Below are positions 10,858 to 24,126 of a stretch of 64,000 nucleotides of DNA, in pieces (position 1 is the first letter of the stretch; each line of letters opens with the position of its first letter). A program made the translations under genes and the position numbers. The notes below the pieces were generated by a model. The model saw only the letters and a list, made by a program, of their open reading frames with translations, was not told the DNA's origin and did no database searches. Origin of the DNA: Paecilomyces variotii (Eukaryota); assembly GCA_004022145.1 (NCBI GenBank), contig RCNU01000005.1. One strand, written 5' to 3'.

Positions 10858-11888
10858 ATGATCAGTCTCTCCAATATTCTCCTGCTCATTGCTAGTGCTG
10901 CTACAGTAGCTGGGGCACCAGCTCCTGTTACAGCACAGGAAACTAAGCAAGCTCTCCCATTCAGTCAATCGTCGTGGAATGAAGGTGCTGTCACTAAATA
11001 TCCAATCCACTTGAGTTGCAACGCAACTCAACGTCGCCAGCTAGAGATTGCGCTGGAAGAGACAATTGATCTTGCGTCCCATGCCAGAGATCACATATTG
11101 CGTTGGGGCAACCAAAGTGAGATCTACAGGAAATACTTCGGTAACAGACCCTCCTTAGAAGCAATTGGAGCGTATGAAGTCATTATCAGTGGCGACAAAG
11201 GGGGAGTCCTATTCCGTTGTGATAATCCAGACGGCAATTGTGATTTGGAAGGTTAGTTATATCTTCCATCAACTTTTTATAAACTCGAGGGAAAAGAATA
11301 GAGGTTGGAATAGAGAAAGCAAGACTTTATGCTAATATGTTTGGACTATAGGGTACGGGGGTCATTGGAGAGGGGAAAATGCCACTGATGAAACCGTGAT
11401 CTGTGATCTCAGCTATGAAACTCGTCGCTCATTGTCCACTATGTGTGCACTCGGATACAATGTCGCCGATTCTAAGACGAACACCTTCTGGGCGGGCGAC
11501 CTTTTACATCGACTGTACCATATGCCAGCAGTTGGTCAAGCTTTGGTTGAACATTTTTCGAGTGATTACGACGAAGCACTTGAACTAGCGGCCAACAATG
11601 GATCTCTCTCGACGCATAACTCGGACACATTGCAGTACTTTGCCCTGGAGTCTTACGCTTACGACATCGCTGTACCTGGGGTTGGATGTCCAGGTCCTGA
11701 GCACACCCATAGTCATGAGACTCAGCCCACAGTTACCACGAGTGCCACAAGTACTACCACAGAAGCTCCATCAACAACGTCTGAACTACCTCCTGTAAGT
11801 TCTCAAAAAGCCCTAGTGAGAATTATGTGCATGCTGACTTTAAAAGAACTGCCACACTCATGAGGGAGGAGACGTTCATTGTACTTGA
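10858..11888 (+). CDS. aspf2: Asp f 2 / Pra1-like secreted zincophore (M35-like fold), 3 exons
   Basis: Signal peptide MISLSNILLL; PIHLSCNATQRRQL; FRCDNPDGNC; HRLYH (HRxxH) motif; C-terminal CHTHEGGDVHCT*. Introns at about 11252-11351 and 11795-11848. Confidence 0.93.
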
Positions 11889-13268
11889 AAGAGTCTAGAT
11901 GCACAATAAATCAAGTGCTTTTTTAGCGATAGTACCTATCGCAAAGTGCAGATAAGTTGGAACTATTAATACTAGTAGCCATGCAATTAGCAGCAAGATT
12001 ATAAAGCTACTTGTCCCTAATTTCACACAGATCAGAATAAATCTATTTGGACTTTCTCAAGTGTAAAAACAAATTCTATATTCCTACGTTCAAACCTAAT
12101 AATCTAGTCAATCCAAAGTAGATCATCTAACATCTTCGAACATAGACACTTTCATCTCAATTGTGATTCGGCAACATCCACTGCTGACAGCGATATTATT
12201 GAAAATTAGTGGCTACAGATCCTAACCGCTGTATATCCAGCAACTCACATATACACACCAATCCCCATGGAAGCATTGATTCTCAGTGCTAATAATGAAC
12301 TAGCTTAATGTAACAATTGCTGGGGAAGAGAACAACGAAGATTCAGTTCCAGGATAGGTAAATCCCGCATGGTCGATTTTCTCGGAATAATCCTATTCAA
12401 TCAACCTTATAACTAACAAATGGTCCAGGAATATTCTGGCTGACTCGTCCCGCTAAGGGTCCCCTAGCTAGTAGGGAGTCTCCGAAATACGGCGATAGAT
12501 TAGTTGCTTCTAATGACGGCAGTTCCATTACAAAGTCACTTAGTGCTAAGGCTATCAAATATATCGGCTTCTGCAATCAATATCTCGCTGCTGGCTTCTC
12601 GGGTGAGGGAATGCATATTTACCTATGCGGCCAGTGCTGGGATCTTAACAGCCAGCTATGTTCATCAGACCGCGGGTTAAGTAATTGCACTTCGGTTGAG
12701 CAGGTCGTGGAACTGGCCCCTTCCGCTAGTGGACCGCTCGGTGATCGCTCAGTACTCCGTAATCATTCAGCAATGACTTAATCCTCGACGCTTCGTGTCT
12801 AATCAAATACATGTAGCTCTTAGCCCTGCATGTTTCGTGCGTTAGTGGGAACCAGTTGGACCGAATAATGTTAATTGCTGCTTTGCGGCATTTTTGGATT
12901 TGTTTAAGTAGGGCGGTCAGGCACGTGTCCCCGGGTTACTTATGGTCACGGTACCCTATATATATAATCCGACCGTGGCCCCCAGCAGCAGCCTTAGAAG
13001 TTTATTGTTGCATCCACACCGAGGCCGTCTATGTTCTTTGACACTGGGAGTATCATATGATATCTCCTGCGAGGTCCTATTCTTCTTTGAACGATATCCT
13101 TCACACTGTCTACAAGTCCCCAACTCGGAATATAAGTGAAATAGGAGGTACTTCTTGGACTTGGGTATAGGTAGGAAACACATATTCATTTTGTTCAAAT
13201 GAACGACTCGAAAACATTTAATTAACACCCCAGTGCTTGATTTAGTACATAAATCGTGTTGCAATATC

Positions 13269-13529
13269 ATGTCTAGCAATATGAAGACCGAAGACAGTGG
13301 CAGCTCTGTCCCTCCAACTCATGCTCAGCCTCCCAGGCCGCAGGGTTTTTCATGGAGAGGTTTTGCAGTGACACTTGTGATTAACTATTTGACTCTCATG
13401 GTCACCATCTATGTTCGAGACTCCTTCTTCAAGTCCGACAATTTTTACCTTCAGTGTGGGATTTATGCATCGTTTTTTACGTTATTTAATTTTCTGTACC
13501 GGAAGCTCCAATATCGTCTTCGCGAATAA
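13269..13529 (+). CDS. Small hypothetical two-TM membrane protein
   Basis: ATG ORF with two hydrophobic segments (GFAVTLVINYLTLMVTIYV; CGIYASFFTLFNFLY). Confidence 0.45.
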   Translation: MSSNMKTEDSGSSVPPTHAQPPRPQGFSWRGFAVTLVINYLTLMVTIYVRDSFFKSDNFYLQCGIYASFFTLFNFLYRKLQYRLRE

Positions 13530-13956
13530 GTGAAAGTGGAATTAAGGATGAGACTTGACGCCTAGCATGAGCTATTATGATCGCAGTAGGCATACGTATT
13601 GAGCTATGAGTGCTGCATTATCAAATCTTCCCTGTTGGTCAGCATGTAGTCTTGAACAATAGCCCCAAGGCTAGCGATTGTTGCTTTATAAATACATCAT
13701 GGACTGCAACGATGAAGAATAGCCGTGGTCTCGTGGCTAGAGAGTGTGTCTGCGTTCATTGCAAAAATTTTAAACAAGTTTCTATTAGTGTCTAGGATGC
13801 CATCTCTGAGAGGCCTCCCTGTTTGTTATATACAAAAGAGTGTATGTACGTATCCAAGATACCAAGTCCCTAGGAACTTTGTTCGCACAACTGACAGTTT
13901 GATGGGCTTCGCAAGTAGTATATATGCTATAGGGCCATGCATATAGCAGCAAGCTT

Positions 13957-14655
13957 TCACGCGGACGTCTCGATACATTTCTCATTCGGATGGGGCCCCT
14001 GGCAGTTGTAGTTCTTCTGAGAGTTGAATCCAGTCAACTCCAAGGCACTGTCGCTGCTTGCAGTGGCCTCTGCATCAGCGCCATGGCACGCCACAAAGAA
14101 ACTGAGGAACTGAGGGCAATAGGTATTGACCGTGATACTAGTGAATGTTACACCAGAAGTATTGATGATCGCGAAAATACTCTTGCATGAAGGTAGTGGA
14201 TGGCCAGTACCAGCCTCAACGCAAACCTTGCTATCAACGACACCAATAAGTCCGGTTACACCACCAACTGCAGCTGAAGTCATAGCAGCACACACGGCCG
14301 TAATCTGATTGCTGCTCAGATTATCTTCAATGTTGCCATGGCCCTGGCATTCACCGTTGATAGCACTTCTGGCTTGAAGGGAGCTGTTTCCAATCTTGAA
14401 GGAATGCGGGGGGAAAACGTCGGCGATAGTCTTGTTGAAGATACCGAGCTCCGCAGCCAGAAAATCGGCTCCATCATGGAAATTCTGACTGTCTGTCGTG
14501 AACAAAGAGGTGAGGTTCATATTCATATCATTTCCCGACAATGCCCGGGCGTGATATTCGACCATATTCTTCACGTCCTCGGTGGGCGTCAAGCCATAAT
14601 GCTTCACTGCAGAGGCAGCGGAGATACAGAAACAGACAAGAGTTGCGAGATGCAT
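13957..14655 (-). CDS. Small secreted cysteine-rich protein (effector/toxin-like)
   Basis: MHLATLVCFCISAASA signal peptide; 8 Cys in the C-terminal half after QARSA; intronless. Confidence 0.7.
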   Translation of the reverse strand: MHLATLVCFCISAASAVKHYGLTPTEDVKNMVEYHARALSGNDMNMNLTSLFTTDSQNFHDGADFLAAELGIFNKTIADVFPPHSFKIGNSSLQARSAINGECQGHGNIEDNLSSNQITAVCAAMTSAAVGGVTGLIGVVDSKVCVEAGTGHPLPSCKSIFAIINTSGVTFTSITVNTYCPQFLSFFVACHGADAEATASSDSALELTGFNSQKNYNCQGPHPNEKCIETSA

Positions 14656-15389
14656 CGTCAAGGAATTATATGGATGAAGTAGGTTGAAAGCAAAGTTCAC
14701 AGGGTTAAAATGTTCATGGAATCAAGAAGCATGCTTTCATGGCAGTCTCGCTAGTAAAATACCTGAGCAGGATGTTGCATGAGTAATGTCTAGATCCGAC
14801 TCTCACCTCACACTTTTCAGTGAGATATTTACTGATTTACTGATTTCTTAATGTCTGGTCTCCACGTACGTCCACTCTGACCCATGAAGAGCTAGTTATA
14901 TTGGACAGCGTCGTCCTGATCCTTCGACTGCCTAGCCCCCAAGTTGCACCAGGATCGGCCTCTAATCAACTCAGAACATATAGTAGAAAGATAAACCAGC
15001 TGAGCAAGAGCAGGATGCTTAAGCAAAAGCACGTAAAGCGAAATCTCGACCCACAATGATCAGGATCCTACGTGGGGGCGTCTTCATTCTCGGAGAGAAC
15101 TTGTTAATATCCCTGTTTGATTTAAGGCGGATTAATAAGAGCTATTTCAGACATGTAGACGGACTGGAGCTTCGTATATAATTGCCAGCGACCTTTAAGT
15201 GTTGGTTCAAGGTGGGGATCCATAAATGCGATCCCTTGATACTACCTCAGCAGTGGATTATGGTGTTTAGGGTTCAGAAGCCCTTTCAGGGGCGGGTCAG
15301 CGCAGAACTCAATCCTTAAATTTTCAACCCTACACGGGTTAGTTCCAAGTGCACATGAGGAGTGTATATATACTAATATCAGGGCTATC

Positions 15390-16415
15390 ATGATGATCAC
15401 TTGGGGCCATCGCTAGGGGCCGTCACCAGCTCAGAGGCATACTTTTTTGGAAGGCAGAGCGACGAGGACCCTCAGAATAGGCAAAAGGATAATTTTCGAA
15501 CAAAAGATGAGAAGCAGATCTTTCAGGAAGATTAACTCTGCCTTATGAATTCCTGGTTTCCGGCTATACAGTCTGCTTTGAATACTCCTTGAATATTCGG
15601 AATCAGATTTGAACTGCTTAACATCGACATAAAAGATCTAATGTCGTTTTCCCCGCCTCTTTCCCTTTGCTTCCCTCTTCCTATCCTATTATCCTGCACT
15701 TATCGCCGCCCCTTTCATTAACTTCCGGTCCCTACCGAACATTGCACGTGGGCCTCCAGTCCGATATTACTGTCCCTTTTATTTCGCCGGAATTGCTCTT
15801 CTGGCAGAGAATATTCTGGCTTGTATCAGCTACAATGCGAACCATTAATATCAAAGTAGTTTGTGGAAAGTAGCGGGATGCCGTTCATAATATGAGTTTT
15901 CAAATAGAGAGCACAAAATGTGGTAAGGGGCGCGAAAAAGCAGCCAGAATTTGCTGATAGAGAGTGATTGCTCAATACAATTGGCTAGATAAAACTGTTT
16001 CCCCCACTACTTAAGGCGCGAGGTCAACTTACATATGCGAATACCCAACACTTCCCAGGTTTGTCGCTAGACTTTTTACAGCATTTCGCCTGATGAGAAA
16101 GGTTAGAGAGAGCAAGATCGGACCATATCGGATTGAATAGGATCGACCCGGTTCCATTGACGAGCCGTCGTATGTATTTCTCCTTGGAAACTCAGGAGGT
16201 AAATCCACCTAATAAGTGGTGTTCGTTGGTGGAAGATGAGCGATGTCTAACGTGACTGGTCAGGTTCTCCATAACCTAGGAGGCGGATATATACCATTTA
16301 GAGCTGACCAAGAAGTTAAAGCTTCAGGCACGAATAAAGAGCAAGTAACTTGGAGCCAAATTTATGGCAGCGGTGATAGTTCAATATTAGACACACAACC
16401 ACAGCCCTAGGCCAC
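15390..16415 (+). repeat. Diverged direct repeat, copy A (interrupted by about 500 bp of extra sequence)
   Basis: Shares ccatcgctagg, ccagctcagag, tctttcaggaagattaa, ctccttgaatatt, ttggaaactcagga and acaaccacagccctaggccac in the same order as copy B. Confidence 0.85.
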
Positions 16416-16913
16416 TGGGTTAATATTTTGTCCCATCAGTTGTATAGAGTATCGCTCGTCAGCCATAATAATCTTCTCCAGTGCTACTGCTTCTTTCCCT
16501 TTAGTAGTATTAGTCACAGTCCCTCCTGTCTGGAAGATATTTGTCCCTCAATGTAATTATAGTATGGGGCCGCTTGGGTCAAAATCACCACGATGGCCAG
16601 TGGAATTACTGTGATATGAAACTCCCGCACAAGATGTCCACCGCTTTCGCACTGGAATTCTCGAAGCCATCCTGATTCCTTCATTCGATAATGATATCCA
16701 GGGTGCTTCAGCTCGAGGCATCAACGGAACTAGTTGTCAGTGGCATTGATATAACTCTACGGATTAAAACCGGTCAAGTACAAGTGGTGCACGTTCGAAC
16801 GTCACGGCCCTTGTACTAGGATGGGCTGTGGAGACAGGGCGCTCAATACGAAGTCGCGTCATTAGCTCTATACATGGCTTGCCGGTTTGAGAGTGGTGGA
16901 TAGTTACGGGCAT

Positions 16914-18454
16914 TCATGTCTCCTTGGAGCTTTCCAAAGAGGTGGATTTTAAACTCCGCTCGAAATCAGGCAACACCCACTTGAGCATCCACTCGGACTG
17001 AAGGACCTCTTCAGCTGTTGGTCGCTCTTCCGGCCGAAATGCCAGCATTCGGCGCATTAAGTCAAGAATAGCGGCCGATTCTTCCTCATCAAACTCACCT
17101 ACTTTACGCTTCCGTCGATACATCTGCACACCTTCCTCAAATGCTTTGTCAATCAGAGGCCACACATACCGACCCTCCTTTGGATGCCCATTCTCATCGA
17201 AAAATTGGCTCCGTTCTTCCCAGCGCTTCCACCAGCTTGAGGGCATGGGTCCAAGCACATCGATTTGCTGAGACACTACCTCATCCGCAGTCGCAAACTC
17301 GCTGTTGAAAATGGCCTTCATGCCAAGAATCTCCCAGATTGTTGTGGCCAGACTCCAAATATCTGCTGAATAAGAGAGCGCGGTCTGCGGTTCGAATCGG
17401 GCTTCAGGGGGCCGCATAGCCAGCGGGGTATGGCAATCTTCCCCACGACGAAACTCTGACGCCGGGGCAAATGCTTCGCCAAAATCACTAAGAAGCACGC
17501 GCGCGTCTGCTAATGAGAATTTTTCCGCGTCTTTACCAAGGTAGAGCGGTATTACTGCCGTCGTCGGGATGTTGGGCGGAAGCGGTTCTCCGTCGTATCG
17601 TGTTATGGGGATTGTCTCAGGCTCACCGTATTTTTCATACAGTTGCTCAACCGAAAGCTGATCGAAGCTTGATGGGAGTTTGACTAGGACATTTCGGAGA
17701 TGAACATCTAGGTAAAAATGCCACGGATGTTAGCTGAATAGAACCAGAGTTGCAACCATCGCCATGACAAACCTCCATGAACATAGCCTCTTGAATGAGT
17801 ATACGCAAGAGCCAGCGTAAGCCCACCTGATAGCGCCCGAGTAACCTCAATAGGAAATAGGCGACTGAAAGAGACCTCTCTGAGATTGCATCGTGCGGGA
17901 ATCATAGTGTAGCATGGATGTGTTCCATTTGGACCATGCAACTTGAATTCATCAAGAGGAAAAGAGATCGAATTGCGCCCTGGGTGTAAGGATGACGGTG
18001 ACGGCAGTGGTGCAGATAGAACTCGAAGAATCTTGACTTCATGCGCAAGTGCATCTGCGATGCCGACTTTGATAGCAACGTAGCGCCCTAAGTGAGTGTC
18101 CCGGGCGAGCCAAACAGTCGAATAGCCGCCAAAACCTAGCTTGTCTACAATGCGGTATCGCTCGTGTAACATATCTCCTATCACGATAGGATGATAGCCG
18201 CCGGGTTTATATTTCTCAAGTGACTCTGCACCATCAATCCAGTTGTACTTGCAAGAACGGTCTGTTGCACTTTCATCGCGCGACATTTCTGTCGACGAAT
18301 AGGCGGTGGAGCTCAGCTGTGAGAGCGAGCCAAAGCCAAGCTTCCGAAGGCGGCAAATGGATGGCGGGAGCGATAATGCATTTGAGACTTGGAGGATCTT
18401 GAGTGGGAAGAGAAAATGGATGGTAGGAAAACGTATTCCGGAGCAGCGCGCCAT
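16914..18454 (-). CDS. SRPK-like (CMGC) Ser/Thr protein kinase, one intron (alternative start at 18286)
   Basis: YKPGGYHP, KLGFGGYSTVWLA, VAIK, spliced HGDVHLRN, LSDFGEA, RPPE and ADIWSL motifs. Intron at about 17709-17773. Confidence 0.88.
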
Positions 18455-18485
18455 GATAACTCTTGCGTGAGAGTACCTAGGTAAC

Positions 18486-19119
18486 TAGTGGATGACCAGT
18501 ACCAGCCTCAACGCAACGTTTTAACCCTAGATATTTACACGGCTTAAGTAGTTCCAGTGCCTAATGGTGGATCATACAAGCTTGTTTGGACCCACAACCA
18601 TCGTGATGATCACCATCGCTAGGAGCCGTTACCAGCTCAGAGCATGAACGGCTCAGAATAGACGAAATGATAATCTTAGAAGAAAACATGAGAAGTAAAT
18701 CTTTCAGGAAGATTAAATCTGCCTTTCAAATCCCTAATTTGCGGTCATTTAGTCTGCTTGGAATGCTCCTTGAATATTGGAATCGAGTTTCAACGGCCTG
18801 AAGTTGATATACACCAAATCGGATTGAATCTGTTCCCATCGATGGGCTGTCGTATGTACTATTGGAAACTCAGGACACGGACTGGAGATGATAAGTGGTG
18901 TCTGTTAGTGGAATATGAGCAATGCCTAACTCAGCCAGTCAGGTTCTTATATTATACCCGTTTGCTGGCCATAACTGCGGACGCCATATCTGTCATTTAG
19001 AGCTGCACCAGAAATCTCAAGCCCCCAGCACTGAGCAAAGAGCAGATGACCTGGAGCCAACTGTATAGTGGCGGTGATAATTCAATAGTATTGGAAACAC
19101 AACCACAGCCCTAGGCCAC
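18486..19119 (+). repeat. Diverged direct repeat, copy B (internally deleted copy of about 14194-16415)
   Basis: Begins with tagtggatgaccagtaccagcctcaacgcaa, which matches about 14194-14224 inside the secreted-protein gene, then matches 15390-15604 and 16120-16415. Confidence 0.85.
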
Positions 19120-19738
19120 GGGCGTCCAAAACACCCCTGTCATCCGCGGAAGAAGATTTCCGTCAAGGACGGTCCAAAGTGAAGGTCTTTGAGGACAGAA
19201 TCAGAGAAACAAGCTTCGAGCTTTTGAGTGAAACCAACAAGACGTTCCATGAGGACAAAATACAATTATTTTCCGCTCGGGCTATACACATCCAGGCGTT
19301 CTTAGCTCCTTTCCGCACTTGATCATCCAAGTTGTACCCAACAAGGTCATCTTCTCAATCAAAAGCGGAACACGCAGCGCAACGACGGGTACTCGTCGAG
19401 ACGACTCCATATCAGGAGGTTATGATCGGAGATCCCCGTACTCAGTTGCAAACGAGCACTATCTTTTCCATGTAAGTAATCGCTGTTCGGAAGCGACAGA
19501 GTAGAAATTGGTCCAGTCAGAATACGCATCTGGATCGTTGGGAGAAGGTACAACGGGGTTGACTGTGTCATCAGTGTTGGGAAACAACAATGGATTCGCG
19601 CAGATATTGACGAGATTGATGGACTTCTATGTCAAGTAACACAGCATTTGGACGCCTGCAGACCTGCAGAGCCCTCTTCTCTCATTTCCATATTCGATCC
19701 CTTCAGCATCAGAGTCTAAGAAGATATAATTAGCCAAG

Positions 19739-20195
19739 ATGGGAAGCTCCTTAAGGAAATGGCACCGCATTTTAGGACTAACCAAACAACAACCCATCTC
19801 CTGGCACCGCGACAGGCTTCGAGAAGAGTTATCCGGGCGAAGAACAGCAACTACGAGATGGCAACAGCCTAACGAGACCTCCGATGTGCTGTTTTCTCTC
19901 AGCCAAGCGCGCCACGATGGTTTCCCCTTACGCTTGCTACCGTCTATGCTGGCCCCACAGTATATGCCTGTATATGCGTACATGCTGGTGAAGTACACGT
20001 CACGCTGGAGCTTTTATAGGGTGACTGCATATCTATCTCTCTGCTCCACTTCATTACGATCTTGTTCGGGAGGTGGTAAATCCAAGGAAGATTTTCTTCA
20101 AGGTTGATGAGGTTGCGCTGCGTCATGGAATTGATCAGGCGAGGTTTAGGAGGGTTAGTTGATAGTTACTATGGGTGTGGCCACTTTCTCTGTGA
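19739..20195 (+). pseudogene. Disrupted fungal hypothetical gene (WHR..LGL / WHRDRLREEL type)
   Basis: The reading frame shifts near 20040 into HYDLVREVVNP...DEVALRHGID, then hits consecutive TGA TAG stops before WVWPL. Family recalled from memory only. Confidence 0.5.
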
Positions 20196-20973
20196 CTACA
20201 TGAGACTACAGGTAAAGTCTCATCCATGGCTTATAGAAAACAAACTAATAATTTCCCAGCTGGAAAATGGAAGCGGATGCAAAGGTTCCGGAATGAGCTG
20301 GTGTTCGTTTGTATTCACGTGGTGGAGCGTCGCTGGGGGACGAACAGGGATGATATCCCTGGCCTTGCCATAATGTGAAAATAATGAAGCTGCTCAAGCA
20401 GCAGCTTATTATCCAGAGTGGCGGGTTTTTGATATCTGTGGAGAGTTGATCAAGCAGAGCTGATGAGGGAGCCTGGTTAGCACTATATATGTACATAACT
20501 ATCTACGCTTATTGTCATCTTGCAGCTGCATCTTGGCTTGATAACGGTCCCTAGTCTTGATACTCCAAGATGCCCATATGCTCATAGCGTAACAAGACAG
20601 TTTTCATTGGAATGGGGTAAATTCCCCGGTCACGTACGTGAGGGTCCGCTCCGCTGTCCCACAAGCAACCAGCAACTTCTCTTCCACATTAGGAATATGC
20701 GGGAAAGTTAACCAATACAGGATACCACCAACAGCACTTCTTTGTCTGGCAGTTCGCTTTTTGCAGCATTTTCAGCAGCAAACAATGTTCTATTCCTTGT
20801 CTACTATATTTATTGCTGGGTGTAGAGCTGCCTAGAAGCGAACACCATCCACGGCTCTCCTCATTTTTCAATTCCAAGTTCGATCTTCCTCAACCCTTCT
20901 GATCACCTTGCATTATTCTAGGATTGACTCAACCAACTTGCTAGAGCACTGTGACGCCTCGCAACTACCGAAC

Positions 20974-22185
20974 ATGCCTACGCTATCCGGCCCCCGAGTG
21001 ATAGGCCTGTACGGAATCCCCGGCTGCGGAAAGTCCTTCCTCCTGAACAAACTGAAGAAAGATCTCAAAGAATCGGAGTTCGAATACTTTGAAGGCTCGG
21101 AAGAGATTGAATCTGTTACCCCCGGCGGGCTCGATGCATTCAAGAAGCTAGGAACCGTGCAGCAGACGCACTTCCGCCAGCTCGCCATTGACAGCATCAA
21201 ATCGAAATGCACAAAGAGCGGGAAAGTTGGAGTTGTTACCGGGCATTTCATATTTTGGTCCAACGAAAATCAAGCGGCGTTGAGAGTGTGTACTGACAAC
21301 GACTTGAGTACATACACGCACATAATTTATGTCAATACTCCTGTGGAAGAAACGGCGAAGCAGCGACTGCAGGATCGCGAGAGAAGTCGTTCAAATTTGT
21401 CAATTGAGCATCTACGTCGCTGGCAGGATACGGAGGTTGAAGAGCTCCGTGAGCTTTGTCGTCAACGTGGTATTCTGTTCACGACCGTTTACCCAAATAT
21501 CGATGATAAGCTATCCAAGTTACTACTTGATTTCCAGGCTCATGGGGAAGAGTACAACAACTCAATCGCCAAGCAGCATTTGGAATATGCACTCTCAACT
21601 CACTACGATGAGCTCCAGACTGTTCTTTTCTTGGACGGTGACAAGACGTTGACGGCACAGGACACGGGCGAGGTATTCTGGGAGAAACTCTCACCCTCAA
21701 AAGTTAGTCCGTTGAGCACGCTATTCAGCAGCCAGCTAGGGTACTCCTATATCGCGTTCAGGCAAGCGATGTTGCTGTACGAAGAGTCGACCAACGATGC
21801 CGAGTTTGATGCTATCTGCACAGAGGTATCCCTACAAACGCCCCTTTATTCTCAAATGTTTTCACTTCTGCACCGGTTGGGAAGTCACAACCATATCCGC
21901 CTGGTCATCGTGACATGTGGACTGCGACGAGTTTGGGAAAAGATAATTGAAAGAGAAGGTCTGCCCGAGACGGTGAAGATCATGGGTGGTGGACGGCTTG
22001 CCGACGGGTTTGTCGTGACCCCTTCTGTGAAAGCGTACTTGGTTTCTTGTACCAAGAAAATTCATGCGGCCTATACATGGGCATTTGGGGATAGTCCATT
22101 GGACCTGCCAATGCTCGCTGCTGCTGACCAAGCGATTGTTGTGGTTGGCGAGCAGCGAAGCCGAAGCAAAAGTATGGATATCCGG
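20974..22185 (+). pseudogene. C-terminally truncated P-loop kinase + HAD gene (N-terminal part of fungal P-loop/HAD/UPRTase fusion proteins)
   Basis: GLYGIPGCGKS Walker A; LDGDKTL and WAFGDSPLDLPML HAD motifs. The sequence turns unrelated after SRSKSMD and no PRTase domain follows. Confidence 0.7.
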
Positions 22186-22275
22186 CTATTGTTTAGAGTT
22201 TGCCATGATCAACAGGATGACAATTCTGTTCAGATAGATGGCCAGACACAATCAGATCCAAAGAAGGCACGAGTA

Positions 22276-24126
22276 GCCGTCTCTTAGGTCTGCCTCGCCT
22301 CAACACAAATTCCCACCTCAACGCGAAATTTGAAGCCATTCAGAGATTTTACGTACCACCACCATGCCAGATTCTTATTCTGATATCGAGAAACGACTCT
22401 TAGAGGCCTGTACAGCCGCTCAAAGCTAAAAAAAAACACCAAAATCTCTGCGTTGACGCGTCAATTTGACGTTCCTTATTATCGACTCAGGGCACGTATT
22501 CACGGCCGAGCTACTCGAAATACACGTCCTATCCCAGCCAAGACACTTGATGACTCACAGGAAAAGGCATTGATTCATTGGATTCGTCAGCTTGATAATC
22601 TATATTGTCCATCTACGACCGGAATGATTGAGCAGAGTGCCAATCAAATACTGCAGCGGAATACAACGGACGGGCTACCTCGTACAGTTGACAAGAACTG
22701 GGCTTATCGCTTTATTAAACGTCTCCCAGACGAGTTTAAGCTTATTCAACAGAAGTCTAAAGATAGGGATCGTCTTGATGCAGAGTATATAGGTGTTTTT
22801 CAGCACTGGTTCGACTGTTTAGAGCCCTTTATCAAGCAGATTCCTAAAAAATATATACAGTTTCGATGAAACAGGCCTCCAACTGGGACAGGGAAAGTCT
22901 CAAAAAGTTGTGACTACTATGCCTGTACGAGCTGCAAGAGAGAATCCATGTAAAGAAATGGGGGAACTGATCTCTGCAATAGAGTGTATTGCAGCAGATG
23001 GTTTTGTTCTTCCTCCATACTTTATATTCAAAGGCGTACATCATCCGGAGAGATGGTACGATGCAGATATTCCCGATGAATATCGAATAGTTCTATCTCC
23101 TAAAGGCTATACTTCAGATGAGATTAGTCTTGACTGGATTCAACACTTCCACCGTCATACAAAGTGCTGTATCTCTAAAAAAGAGGTCCGATTACTATTT
23201 TTTGATAGCCACGAGTCCCATCTTACCTACGAATTCCTTTAGTTTTGTGGACAGCATTATATTATACCTTACTGTTTTCCTCTTCATACAACGCACCTTG
23301 TACAGCCTCTCGATGGACAACCTTTTCAGGCCTACAAAATCTTCTATCGCAAGCGAAATAATGAGCTTGCTTCGAGAGGCACTGAGATGGACGATAAGCG
23401 TGATTTCTTAAAACAGATTCATTCTATTTGTACAACGACTTTCAAACAACGTACAATCCGGGATTCCTTTGAGAAGCGAGGTATATATCCTTTAGATTCA
23501 GAGAAGATCATAAAGCCGCTACGTGAGGCTTTAGAGACTGCTCCAGGACTTGAGATAATTACAACACCACCACCACCATCAAGCTCATCGCCGCCATCTA
23601 CAATACGGGGTCTTCACCGAAGTATTAGTAAAGCCCGGAGCTTTATTAATAATAGCCCGGAGCTTGATCAGAGTTTTGTACGACGCTTTGACCGAGTATT
23701 CCAGAACTCGCTAGAAGCCACTAAACTAGCCACTCAGCTTAAAGATGATTTACAACAACACCTTCGATATCGGAAGCCTCAAGATAGACGAAAATCAACA
23801 ATAAGGGTCCGGTATAATGGACCACTTACTGTATATGATGCAAAACGCCATATTGCTGATCGTACAGAGGTGGAAAGACTGCAGGGTCTTAGGCAGATTG
23901 GGAAAGCGGGAACTTTAGGACACAATAAAACACCACAACTGGAAGATATAGGGGATCTGCCTAGTACAGAGGCTAGTCAAATGGCTAAGGAAGGTCCTAA
24001 ACTACCTTATTGGATAGATACTCAAGGCGATGTTGTATAGGAGCTTGAATAGCTTCAAATTTTGCGTTGAGGTGAGGCAGACCAACACGCCGAATGGCGG
24101 GTGGGTCTGCTGACCTAAGACACGGC
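22276..24126 (+). mobile_element. Pogo/Fot1-type (Tc1/mariner superfamily) DNA transposon, defective
   Basis: TA target duplications at 22274-75 and 24127-28. Terminal IR gccgt(c/g)tcttaggtc plus subterminal IR acctcaacgc.aaatttgaagc.attca; 1851 bp; contains transposase fragments. Confidence 0.93.
22364..24040 (+). pseudogene. DDE transposase with CENP-B-type HTH, frameshifted with stops
   Basis: YSFDETG, PPYFIFKG, SPKGYTSDEI, LLFFDSHESH and HTTHLVQPLD segments are spread across frames; stops near 22426 and 23239. Confidence 0.9.
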
